A DNA stretch of 64,000 bases from the human T2T-CHM13v2.0 reference genome, Homo sapiens, in the NCBI RefSeq assembly GCF_009914755.1, contig NC_060943.1. One strand, given 5' to 3'. Shown here one piece after another: positions 15,596 to 30,300 of this stretch (within the stretch, counting starts at the first letter, position 1; every line of letters begins with the position of its first letter). Position numbers and translations under genes: made by a program. The notes below the pieces were generated by a model that saw only the letters and a program-made list of their open reading frames with translations, did not search any database and was not told the DNA's origin.

Positions 15596-17175
15596 TTAGG
15601 CTTTTTCTTCAGAATGTGTATTCTGATGTCGAATCAGGGATGAACTCCGACTATATGCCTTCCCACATTTACTACATTCATAGGGTTTCTCTGAAGAATG
15701 ACTTCTCTGATGTCGAATAAGGTCTGAGCCACTGCTAAATGCCTTCCCACATTCATTACATTCATAGGGTTTCTCTCCAGTATGACTTCTTTCATGTAGA
15801 ATAAGAGATGTGCGCTGACTAAAGGCCTTACCACATGTTTTGCATGTATATGGCTTCTCTCCAGTGTGAATTCTTTCATGTTGGGCGAGGTGTGCACTCT
15901 GGCTGAAGGCCTTCCCACACTGATCACATTCATAGGGTCTATCTTCAGTATGAATTCTCTTATGTCGTGTGAGAGATATTCGGTGGCTGAAGGCTTTTCC
16001 ACATTCCTCACACTGGTAGGGTTTTTCTCCAGTATGAATTCTTTGATGTTCAATAAGAAATGATTGGCGGCCGAAAACTTTACTACATTTATTGCATTTG
16101 AAAGGTTTCTCTTCAGAATGAATATTCTGATGTATTTTAAGGTTTGCAGTTCCAGAAAACATCTTCCCACATTCCTTACACTCAAATAGTTTCTTTTTCT
16201 TTGTATGAACTTTCTGATGTTGAATAAGGGATGAATGCCGATTGCAGACCTTCTCACATTTATTGCATCTGTATAGTTTTTCTCCATTATGAATTCTTAG
16301 ATGCAGAATAAGGGTTGAAAGCCGCCTGAAGAACTTGTCACATTTATCACATTTGTACGGTTTCTCTGAAGTGTGAATTCTCTGGTGAAGCATCAGGGGT
16401 GAAATCCTATTAAATAATTTCCCACATTTTCTGCATTTAAAAGGATTCTCTAAATGGTGACTTCTTTGCTGTAGACTCTGACTTAAGGCCTTCGCATTTT
16501 CAGGGATTTTCTCTCCAGCATGAATTCTTTTATGTACAACAAAGACTGATTTCTTTTTGAAGCCTCTCCCACATTTATTATATTTATGTGTTTTCTTTCC
16601 ATTGTGAATTTTCTTATGAAGTAAAAGGGATGACATCTGATTGAAGGCTCTTCCGCACTTTCTGCACTGGCAGACATTCCCAACAACATGAATTTTCTGA
16701 TGTATATTGAAAGACTGACATTGACTCAAGGCCTTCCCACAGTCAAGAATTTCCTTTCCATCATGAATTCTCATATGTAGAATAAGGGTTGTTCTTTGAT
16801 TGAAGCTTTCCCCACATTTATTGCATTCATGGCTTTTCTTTCCACTGTGAATTCTCTGATGAAGTAGGATGGATGAGATCTGTCTGAAAGCTTTTCTACA
16901 ATTACTGCATTCAAAAGGCTTCTCTCCCGTATGAATGTTCTGATGAAGTTTAAGAGAGAAGCTTCGACTAAAGGTTTTACCACAGTCATTACATTTTAAA
17001 GGTTTCTTCCCTGAATGCCCTTTCTTAGGTTTTACTAGGACTGAATTTTTGTTGCAGCCACTCTTTCGTGTAGGAGCTTTTTGTTGTGCAGAAACTAGTT
17101 TCTGGCAGATGCTTTGCCCAGATTTGTTGCATTGATTTGGAGGTAACTTCTTGGTCTCACATTTAGACCCCGAGT
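15596..17175 (-). CDS. ZNF667: ZNF667 last coding exon (C2H2 array: 14 intact + 3 degenerate fingers)
   Basis: ORF 15596..17215 with repeated CxxC-x12-HxxxH and TGEKPY-type linkers. Acceptor ctttatgtctttcag|AC at 17176/17175 completes the G|AC (Asp) codon from the KRAB-B exon. Ends ...HQNTHSEEKA-stop. The four exons sum to 33+127+93+1580=1833 nt = 610 aa, matching the ZNF667 sequence as I recall it. Confidence 0.96.
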
Positions 17176-17776
17176 CTGAAAGACATAAAGGAATTAAATG
17201 TTTCTCCTTTTCCATGCTGAAAAAATGAAGATTCTACAATATAAATGTAATTATCATTATTAATCACAACAACAATTATGATTACCAAAACATAACTTTT
17301 TAGTGTTTTATTGTGGTTTTGATGACTATACTAAAGGCTTTACAGAGATATTTAATAACCAGAGTTCAGAAGAGTGTAATTTGAAAATGAATAAGATTTT
17401 ATTTATACGATAACTTTTATGCCATATACGGCACATTGAACTCCACAGGTTGTTCAATGGATAAATGTATGTTTATTAGAGAATGTGTCCAGAAAAGGTA
17501 AGTCTACAGAGACAGAAGATAAGTGGTTGCCTGGGGCTCAAGGTAGGAATGGGGATTAACTGAAAATGGACATGAAGAATCTTACAGGGGTGATAAAAAT
17601 GTTCTAATACTGGATCATATTGATGGTTACACACTCTGTAAATTTATCCAAAATCATTTAATTATATTCTAGATATAGTGACTTTTATGATGTTTACCTC
17701 AATAAAGTTGTAGATTTTAAAAAATGTATTCTTAAGATCAAATTTAAAAAGAACTAGTAAAAATTAGAATTGAGTA

Positions 17777-18127
17777 CAGTCACGGGTTGCTTAACAATGG
17801 GAACATGTTGTAAGACATGCATTGTCAGGCAATTTCATCATTGTGCAAACATCTTACAGTAGATTTACATAAACCTAGATAGTATAGCCTACTATACACC
17901 TATGTTATATTGTATAGCCTGTTCCTAGGCTACAAACCTGTACATGACGTTACTGTATTGAATCCTGTAGGCAATTTTAACACTATGATAAGTATTTATG
18001 TATCTAAATATACATAAATGTAGAAAAGGTACAGTACAAATAACAGTTTTATGATCTTATAGAACCATGGCCATATATGTAGTCTGTTGTTGACTGGACT
18101 GAAACATCATTATGCAGCATATGACTG
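17777..18127. mobile_element. Tigger3a/MER7A-type MITE
   Basis: TA|CAGTCA...TGACTG|TA termini and Tigger3-type internal sequence. Confidence 0.8.
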
Positions 18128-18569
18128 TATTTAGATATTTACAAAGGTGAAGTCTTTAGCAAGAAGCAGGAAAAGCTCAGAAAAATAGGTAAGAGATTAG
18201 ACTAAAAGAAGGAATCTATTTTGTAGTAAAATAGATCAATATGGCTGGCATAGGGTGCCAAAGTCCAAGGTGATATAAAATAACTACTTGTATGGCAAAC
18301 TGACTATAAACCTGAGTGAATGTGGCATGATAAACACAGGCTTTAGAACTATGCTATCCAATATAGTAGCCATTAGTCACCTGTAGCTACTGAGGAATTG
18401 AAATGTGGCTGGTTTGAGGTATACTATGAGTATAAAACATATGCCAGACTGTGAAAATTTACTACAAAAAAGTATAAAGTATCTCATTGTAAAAATGCTG
18501 GTTATATGATATAATATGTTGGATATATTAGGTTAAATACATATATTACTAAAATTAATTTTACCTGTT

Positions 18570-20482
18570 TGTATTAGGAAGTTCCTATATTGCTATAAAT
18601 AAATACTTGAGTGGGTAATTTATAAACAAAAGAGGTTCAATTGGCTCCTGGTTCAGTAGGCTGTACAAGCATGGTGCTGGCACCTCCTTGGCTTCTGGGG
18701 AGGCCTCAGTGAGCTCTTACTCATGGTGAAAGACGAAGTAGGAGAAGGCACATCACATGGTGAAACAAGGAGAGAGAGTGTGGAGGAGGTGCCACATATT
18801 ACAACGATCAGATTTTGTAAGAATCACTCCCTATTGCTAAGACACCACCAAGGGAATGGTGCTAAGCCATTCATGAGAAACCCACCCCCATGATCCAATC
18901 ACCTCCCACAGACCCCACCTCCAACACTGAGGATGAAATTTCAACATGAGATTTGGTGAGAAATCCACCCCCATGATCCAATCACCTCCCACCAGACCCC
19001 ACCTCCAACACTGAGGATTAATTTCAACATGAGATTTGGTGAGAAACCCACCCCCATGATCCAATCACCTCCCACAGACCCCACCTCCAACACTGAGGAT
19101 GAAATTTCAACATGAGATTTGGTGAGAAATCCACCCCCATGATCCAATCACCTCCCACAGACCCCACCTCCAACACTGAGGATTAAATTTCAACATGAGA
19201 TTTGGTGAGAAATCCACCCCCATGATCCAATCACCTCCCACAGACCCCACCTCCAACACTGAGGATTAAATTTCAACATGAGATTTGGTGAGAAACCCAC
19301 CCCCATGATCCAATCACCTCCCACAGACCCCACCTCCAACACTGAGGATTAAATTTCAACATGAGATTTGGTGAGAAATCCACCCCCATGATCCAATCAC
19401 CTCCCACAGACCCCACCTCCAACACTGAGGATTAAATTTCAACATGAGATTTGGTGAGAAATCCACCCCCATGATCCAATCACCTCCCACAGACCCCACC
19501 TCCAACACTGAGGATTAAATTTCAACATGAGATTTGGTGAGAAACCCACCCCCATGATCCAATCACCTCCCACAGACCCCACCTCCAACACTGAGTATTA
19601 AATTTCAACATGAGATTTGGTGAGAAATCCACCCCCATGATCCAATCACCTCCCACAGACCCCACCTCCAACACTGAGGATTAAATTTCAACATGAGATT
19701 TGGTGAGAAATCCACCCCCATGATCCAATCACCTCCCACCAGGCCCCACCTCCAACACTGAGGATTAAATTTCAACATGAGATTTGGTGAGAAATCCACC
19801 CCCATGATCCAATCACCTCCCACCAGACCCCACCTCCAACACTGAGGATTAAATTTCAACATGAGATTTGGTGAGAAATCCACCCCCATGATCCAATCAC
19901 CTCCCACAGACCCCACCTCCAACACTGAGGATTAAATTTCAACATGAGATTTGGTGAGAAATCCACCCCCATGATCCAATCACCTCCCACCAGGCCCCAC
20001 CTCCAACACTGAGGATTAAATTTCAACATGAGATTTGGTGAGAAATCCACCCCCATGATCCAATCACCTCCCACCAGGCCCCACCTCCAACACTGAGGAT
20101 TAAATTTCAACATGAGATTTGGTGAGAAATCCACCCCCATGATCCAATCACCTCCCACCAGACCCCACCTCCAACACTGAGGATTAAATTTCAACATGAG
20201 ATTTGGTGAGAAATCCACCCCCATGATCCAATCACCTCCCACCAGACCCCACCTCCAACACTGAGGATTAAATTTCAACATGAGATTTGGTGAGAAATCC
20301 ACCCCCATGATCCAATCACCTCCCACAGACCCCACCTCCAACACTGAGGATTAAATTTCAACATGAGATTTGGTGAGAAATCCACCCCCATGATCCAATC
20401 ACCTCCCACAGACCCCACCTCCAACACTGAGGATTAAATTTCAACATGAGATTTGGTGGGGACACAGATCCAAACCATATCA
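18570..20482 (-). mobile_element. MST-family MaLR solo LTR hosting the VNTR
   Basis: Ends TGTATTAG... and ...CAAACCATATCA (reverse of the MST consensus TGATATGGTTTGG...CTAATACA); 5-bp TSD CTGTT/CTGGT. Confidence 0.85.
18875..20457. repeat. Minisatellite/VNTR, 19 copies of an 83-84 bp unit
   Basis: Unit GAGAAATCCACCCCCATGATCCAATCACCTCCCAC(C)AGACCCCACCTCCAACACTGAGGATTAAATTTCAACATGAGATTTGGT counted 19 times (13 x 83 bp, 6 x 84 bp); units near-identical. Confidence 0.98.
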
Positions 20483-21879
20483 CTGGTTTTAGATTTTTAT
20501 TTGAATGTGGATACTAAAGATTTTTTCAGTACATATGTGGCTCACATTATATTTCTATTTCATAGGTGTGCTTTAAAGGCAGACATTACTGAATTAACTG
20601 AGGTGTTTTTCATTTAACTGCATAATCTTGTGACACACTTGTTAACTCTATTACCATAAGCATATTATCTTGAAAATATAGATAATAATCACGTACCTCA
20701 CAAGGTTTTCATGAGAATTAGAAATAATGTGCGAGATTTCTGGCACATGCTATGACCTCTAATCTGCCATTCCAGTATTCAAAAAGCTGAGAACCAAAGT
20801 CTTCTTTCCTTTTTTCTTTTCCTTTTTGAATACATATTTGGAGTGAAACCCCATCTGAAATGCAATGAGGCTATTCATAGCCTCCATTTATTGCTCTTAG
20901 GAAGTCTAGTCTTTGCAGCTATCTCAATGTGTTTGATTTTGGGGTACTGCTCCAGCCCCTGCTGGGTATGTTATGCCACACATAGTATATGACCTGTTCA
21001 CCTTTCTAAAATCTGCACCATTCTGAATTCTGAAACACATCTTGCTCCAAGGGTTCTAGAGAAAGCTTTGTGGACCTGCAGTTGCTTAATAACTGGTAGT
21101 AGCTACCATTATAATTATTATTAGTAGAAGTTCCAGAAAACAACCAGACAAAATAAGGAATTAACACAGGAAGATAATGGAAATGTTTATAGTGAAGCTA
21201 GCAGCATCAGCAAAACAAGAAACCCAAGATTCCTCCTATAGTCCTTCCCACCCCACATCCCATTAAGTCACATCAGTTAAGCTGCTTCTCCCTCTCACAT
21301 TTTCCTAAAACTCTTAGCTTCCCTTCCTTTTCCTTTGTACCTTCCTTTGTTCCTTCCTGTGTGGAATACTAACATATCCCCTCAGCCCATCTCCCCATCT
21401 TCAATGTGGAAATCCTTAAACCACACCAGACACCAAAATTAATCCCAGGTAAATTAGTTCAATATAAAGTACAAAATCATTACAAACTAAAATAATATGA
21501 AATCTACCCCAAATTCTTTCTAACTATGGAAATAAAAAGAAAAATTATAATGTGAATGCCAATACTTCCAATCACACAAAAATGAAAAAAACTTTCATAT
21601 AACCAAGTAGAAAAATAAGAGGTAAATAAAATAAAAAGACTTAGGAAAGAATGGGGAAATATTTGAAGTCAAATGTAATGTCATATGGTTAATGTATTTT
21701 CTATATGAAAGCTTACTATACAAGCAGAAAATAAAAAAGTCACTGCTAGATAAAAGGGGAAAGATCACGAAAAAACAATTCACGAGAATAAGTAAAAACA
21801 GAAAACAAATGCTAGTAAATCTACAAGAAAGATTTATGGCCTATCCAGTATGGGTAAACCAATATGGATATCCAGTCTA

Positions 21880-22330
<451 letters not shown>

Positions 22331-23789
22331 AACTAAAAAGGAGAAAGTGGAAGAGCCAGATGGCCAAATAGAGCCCTCCAGCGATTGCCCCCTCTGCAGT
22401 AACGCCAAATTGAACAACTATCCACATAAGAAAACACCTTCATAGGAACCAAAAATTAGGTGAGCAATCAAAGTATCAAGTTTTAACATCGTATTCAAAG
22501 AAAGAGGCACTGAGGAGGGTAGAAAAGACAGTCATCATATGCCTGCACCACCCCTCCCCCAATGCCTGGCAGTGCAGCATGGCAACAAGAGAGAATCTAT
22601 GTGTTTGGAGGAGGAAGAATGGAGTGATGGTGGGACTCTGCATTGGAACTCAGTGCTGCCCTGTCACAGCAGAAAGCAACGTGGGGCAGAATTTGGCCAG
22701 CACCCCCAGAGGAAGCATTTAAATCAGCTCTAGCCTAAGAATTGTCCACCACAGTGGTGGAAACTTGAGTTCCAGCAAGTACCCCCACCACAGACTAAAA
22801 CACTCTGGTGTCCTAAGTAAATCTGAAAGGCAGTCTAGGCCACAAGGACTGCAATTCCTGGGCAAATCCTAGTGCTGTGCTTGGCTCAGAACCAGTGGAC
22901 TTGGGGTACCTGCTACCCAGTGACATACCAGTGACACACCAGCTGGAGTGGCCAAGAGAGTGTTTGTATCAACTCTCTCCCAACTCCAGGCAGCACAGCT
23001 GGCAGCTCCAAGGGGAGAGGGAAGAGTAAAGAGGACGTTGTCTTGCAACTTGGATATCATCTCAACCACAGTAAAAAAAAAAAAAGTGCCAAGCAGTGTC
23101 CTGAAGGCCTCATTCTAGGCCATAGGTCCTGGACAAGATTTCTAGACCTACCCTGGGCCAGAAGGCAACTCGCTGCCCTAAAGGGAAAAACAGGCCTGGA
23201 AGAATTTACCACCTGATGAATTAAGACCTCTTGGGCTTCGAATAAACATCAGTGGTAGCCAGGCAGTGGTAGCCACAGGCCTTGGGCAAGAATGAGTACT
23301 ACGCTGGCTTCGGGTCAGACCCAGCACAGTCCCAGTGTTGGTGGCCATGGGAGTGTTTGTATCATCCCTTCCCCAACTCTAGGCAGCTCAGCACAGAGAC
23401 AGAGAGACTCCATTCATTCAGGGAAAGTAAGGGAAAAGAATGACTTCCTGGTAATCTAGGGAATTCTCCTGGATCTTACCAAAGACCACCAAGGCAGTAC
23501 TTCTGTGAGTCTACAAGAGTCACAGAGTTACTGGCCATGGGGTGACCCCTAATGCAAACATGGCTGCAGTGAACAAAGACACATCCTAGCCCCTTTGAAT
23601 ACATGGAGAGTCTTCTCTGGAAGGACTAGTACAAACAAGCCCAGACTACAAAGATAAGAATAAATACCTAATTCATCAATGACCAGGTACTGACAAACAT
23701 CCATAAGCATCAAGACCATCCGGGAAAACATGACCTCACCAAATGAACTAAATAAGGCAACAGTGACCAGTTCTGGAGTGACAGAGCTA

Positions 23790-24137
<348 letters not shown>

Positions 24138-26022
24138 GCTATTTTGAGGAAGCTCAACAAAATCCAAGATAACACAGAGCAGGAATTCAGAATCCTATCA
24201 GATAAATTTTAAAAAGACATTGAAATAATTAAAGAGAATCAAGCAGAAATTCTGGAGCTGAAAAATTCAGTTGACAAATTAAAGAATGCATCAGAGTCTC
24301 TCAACAGCAGAATTGATCAAGCAGAAGAAATAGTGAGCTTGAAGATGGGCTCTTTGAAAATATAGTCAGAGGAGTCAAAGGGAAGAAGAATAATAAAGCA
24401 TGCCTACAGGATCTAGTATATAGACCCAAAAGGGCATATCTAGGAGTTAGTGGCTTAAAGAGAAGGCAGAGAGACTGGGGTAGAAAGTGTATTCCGAGAT
24501 AGTAACAGAGAACTTTCCAAACCTGGAGAAAGATGTCAAAATTCAAGTACAAGGAGGTTATAGAACACCAAGCAGCTTTAATCCAAAGAAGGCTACCTCA
24601 GATAATTTAATAAACTCCCAAATGTCAGGGATAAAGACATGATCCTAAAAGCAGCAAGAGAAAAGAAACAACATAAAACGGAACTCTAATACATCTGGCA
24701 GCAGATTGCTCAGTGGAAACCTTATAGGCCAGGAGAGAGAATTATGATATATTTAAAGAGCTGAAGAAAACAAAAACATTTATCCTGGAATATTATATCC
24801 AGTGAAAATGCCCTTCAAACAGGAAGGAGAAATAAAGACTTTCCTAGACAAACAAAAGCTGAGAGATTTTGTCAACACCAGACCTCTCCTACAAGAAAGC
24901 CTATAGGGAGTTCATCAGTCTGAAAGAAAAGGATGCTAATGACGAATAAAAAGTCATCTGAACATACAACACTCACTAGCAATAGTAACTGCACAGATAA
25001 ATACAAAATATTATAATACTGTAATTGTGATGTGTAAACTACTCATATCTTAAGTAGGAAGACTAAAAGACGGACTGACAAAAAAACGGCAACTACAACA
25101 ACTCAAGACACACAGTATTAAAATATAAACAACAAAAAGTTTAAAAGCAGAGGAGATGAATTTAAAGTATAGGGTTTTTATTAGTTTTCTCTTTGCTTGT
25201 TTGTTGGTTTGTTTTTGCAAAGTTAAATTGTCATCAGTTTAAATTAATGGGTTATAAGATATTATTTACGAGCCTCATGCTGACCTCAAATAAAAAATAT
25301 GTAAGAGATACACAAAAAATATAATTCAAGAAATCACTTTCACAAGGAAGACAAGAAGGAAAAAGAAAAGGCCACAAAACAACCAAAACAAATAACAAAA
25401 TGTCAGTAGTAGGTCTCTACTTATAAATATTAAATGTACATGGACTAAATCTCCAGTCAAAAGCCACAGAGTGGCTGGATGAATTTTTAAAAAGACTCAA
25501 TGATCTGTTCCCTATAAGAAACATGATTTGCCTATAAAGACACACATAGACTAAAAATAAAGGGAGGGAAAAAAAATCCCATGCAAATGAAAACCAAAAA
25601 AGAGCAGGAGCAGCTATATTTAGATAAAATAGAGCTTAAGACAAAAAGTATGGAAAGATACAAAGAAAGTCATATAATGCTAAAAGGATCAATTCAGCAA
25701 AGGGATATAACAATTGTAAATATATACACACCCAACAATGGAGCACCGAGATACATAAAGCAAATATTTTCAGAGCTAAAGAGAGAGACAGACCACAATA
25801 CAATAATTGTTGGAGACTTAACCACTTCATTTTCAGCATTGCACAAATCATCCAGACAGAAAATCAACAAAGAAACATCGGACCTAATGGACCTAATAGA
25901 TATTTACAGACAATTTCATCCAATAACTACAGGTTACACATTCTGCTCAGCACATGGATCATTCTCAGGTATAGACCATGAAATATTAGGACACAAGACA
26001 AGTCTTAAAAATCCAAAAAAAA

Positions 26023-27367
<1,345 letters not shown>

Positions 27368-30300
27368 TGCCACAAAAGATCAACAAAATGAAATTTTTTC
27401 AAAAACATAAACAGAATTGACAAACTTTTAATCAGATTAAGAAAAAAAGAGATAAGACCAGAGATGCAAAAGGAATGATTGCAACTGATACTACAGATAC
27501 TCAAAGGATCATTAGAGACTACTATGAGCAACCTAGGCCAATACATTAGAAAACCTAGAAGAAATAGATAAATTCCTAGACACATACAACCTACCAAGAC
27601 TGAATCAGGAAGACATCCAAAACCTGAACAGAGCAATAACAAACAATGAGATTGAAGCTGTAATAAAGTTTCCCAGCAAAGAAACACCCAGGACCTGACA
27701 GCTTCACTGCTGAGTTTTACCAAATACTTAAAAAAACCTAATACCAATCCTACTCAAACTATTCCAAAAAATAGAGGAGGACAGAATACTTCCAAACTCA
27801 TTCTACAAGGCCAGTATTACCCTGATATCAAAACCCAAGGACACATCAAAAAAAGAGCTTAATATTAATTCAAGAATCCTCAACAAAATACTAGCAAACT
27901 GAATTCAACACATTAAACAGATCTTTCATCATGAACAAGAACGATTAATCCCAGGAATGCCTGGATGCTTTGATATATGCAAATCAATGATATATATAAA
28001 CAGAATGAAGGACAAAAAACATATGATCACTTCAGTTGACGCTGAAAAGCATTTGATAAAATTTAACATCCCTTCATGATGCGATCCCTCAAAAAACTGG
28101 TTATAGAGGAACATTCCTCAACACAATAAAAGCCGTATATGACAGACCCATGGCTAGTATAATACTGAATGGAAAAAAAACCTGAAAGCCTTTCCTCTAA
28201 CATCAGGAAAATAAAAAGAATGCCCACTTTCACAACTATTATTCTACATTCAACATAGCACTGGAAGTCCTAGCTAGAGCAATCAGAGAAGAGAAAGAAA
28301 TAAAAGGCATCCAAGTTGGAAAGGAAGACGTCAAATTCTTCTTCTTTGCAGATGATATGATCTTTTAGTTGGAAAATCATAAAAAATCCACCTAGAAACT
28401 ATTACAACTGATAAATTTAGTAAAGTTGCAGGATACAAAATCAACATATAAAAATCCAGCAGCATTTCTATATGCCAACAGTGAGCAATCTGAAAAAGAA
28501 ATCAAGTAATCCCATTTACAATAGCTACAAATAAAATAAAATACCTAGGAATAAACTTAACAAACACAGTGAAATTACAATGAAAACTACAAAACCTGAT
28601 GCAAGAAACTGATGAGGACACAAAAATATGGAAAGATAGTCCATGCTCATGGATTTGAAGAATAATTATTAGTAAAATGCCCATACTACCCAAATTAATC
28701 TACAGATTCAATGCAATCCCTATCAAAATATCAGAGACATTCCTCATAGAAATAGAAAAGGTAATCCTAAAATTTATATGGAACCACAAAAGACCCAGAA
28801 TAGCTAAAGCCATCCTGAGCAAAAAGAATAAAACTGTAGGAATCATATTACCTAAGTTCAAATTATACTACAGAGCTATAGTAATCAAAACAGCTTGGTA
28901 CTGAGATAAAAACAGACACACAGACCAATGGAATGGAATAGAGAACCCAGAAATAAATCCATACATCTACAGTGAATTCATTTTCAACAAAGATGTTACA
29001 AATACATATTGGGGAAGGGACAGTCTCTTCAATAAATTGTGCTGGAAAAACTGGATATCCACATGCAGAAGACACTAGACTCCAATCTCTTGCCATATGC
29101 AAAAATCAAATAAAAATGGATTAAAGACAAATCTACGACCTAAAACAATCAAACTACTAAAACAAAACACGGGCAAAAGTCTCCAGGACATTGGTCTGGG
29201 CAAATATTTCTTGAGTAATACCCCACAAACACAGGCAATGAAACTAAAAATGGACTAATAGAATCATATCAAGTTAAAAAGCTTGGGCACAGCACAGGAA
29301 ACAATCAACAAAGTGAAGAGACAATCTACTGAATGGGAGAAAATATTTGCAAACTACCCATCTGACAAGGGATTGATAACCATAGAATACATAAGGAGCT
29401 CAAACAACTATATAGGAAAAAAATGTAATAATCCAATTAAAAAATGGGCAAAAGATCTGATAGACATTTCTCAAAGACATACGTACACATGGCAAACAGG
29501 CATATGAGAAAGTGCTCAACATCACTGATCATCAGAAAAATGCAAATCAAAACTACATGGTATCATCTCACCCCAGTTAAAATGACTTTTATCCCAAAGC
29601 AGGCAAAACAAATGCTGGTGAGGATATGGAGAAAGGGGAACCCTCGTACACTGTGGGAATGTAAATTAGTACAGCCACTATTGACAACAGTATGGGGGGG
29701 TTCCTCAAAAACTAAAAATAGGAACTAATATATGATTCAGCAATCCTACTGCTTGGTATATACCCCCCCAAAAAAATAAATTAGTATATAAAAAAGATCT
29801 CTGCATTTCCATGTTTATTACAGCACTACTCACAATAGCCACATGACCATCAACAGTCATGCAGTAGTATTTAGCCATAAAAAAGGATGAGATCCTGTAA
29901 TCTGCAACAACATGGATACAACTGGAAAACCTTATTTTAAGGGAAATAAGCCAGACACAGACAACCTTCACATGTTCTCACTCATTTGTGGGAGCTAAAA
30001 ATCAAAACAATTGAACTCATGGATATAAGAGAGTAGAAGGATGGTTACCAGAGGCTGGGAAGGGTAGCAGAAAAAAGGAGATGGTTAGTGGGTACAAAAA
30101 TACAGTTAAGATGCAATAAATACAATCTACTATTTGATAGCACAACTGGGTGAATACAGTCAGCAATACTTTGTTGTACATTTTAGAACAACTGAGAGAG
30201 TACAATAGGAATGTTTGTAACACAATAATAAAAGCTTGAGGTGATAGATACCTCACATACCCTGATGTGATTCTTACACACTATATGCCTGTATTGAAAT

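Larger units (their letters stand above)
18350..20560. mobile_element. MER33-like hAT/Charlie MITE split by the MST LTR
   Basis: TIR-like ctatgctatccaatatagtagcc at ~18350; the element resumes after 20487 (gaatgtggatactaaag...gtggctcacattatatttctatt). Confidence 0.6.

Noticed and set aside
15634-16287. 217-aa alternative-frame ORF in the zinc-finger exon
   Set aside because: Shifted-frame shadow of the C2H2 array (ERNPMNV..NVGR pattern), typical of KRAB-ZFP exons.
17176-17215. MEKEKHLIPLCLS N-terminus of the 539-aa ORF
   Set aside because: Intronic read-through upstream of the acceptor at 17175; the true N-terminus comes from upstream exons.
19605-20344. Repetitive ORFs (GVDFSPNLMLKFNPQCWRWGLVGGDWIM)n
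   Set aside because: Arise where 84-bp VNTR units keep the frame; LTR-derived and broken by 83-bp units.
18875-20457. CRISPR-like array
   Set aside because: No unique spacers; contiguous tandem units in mammalian DNA.
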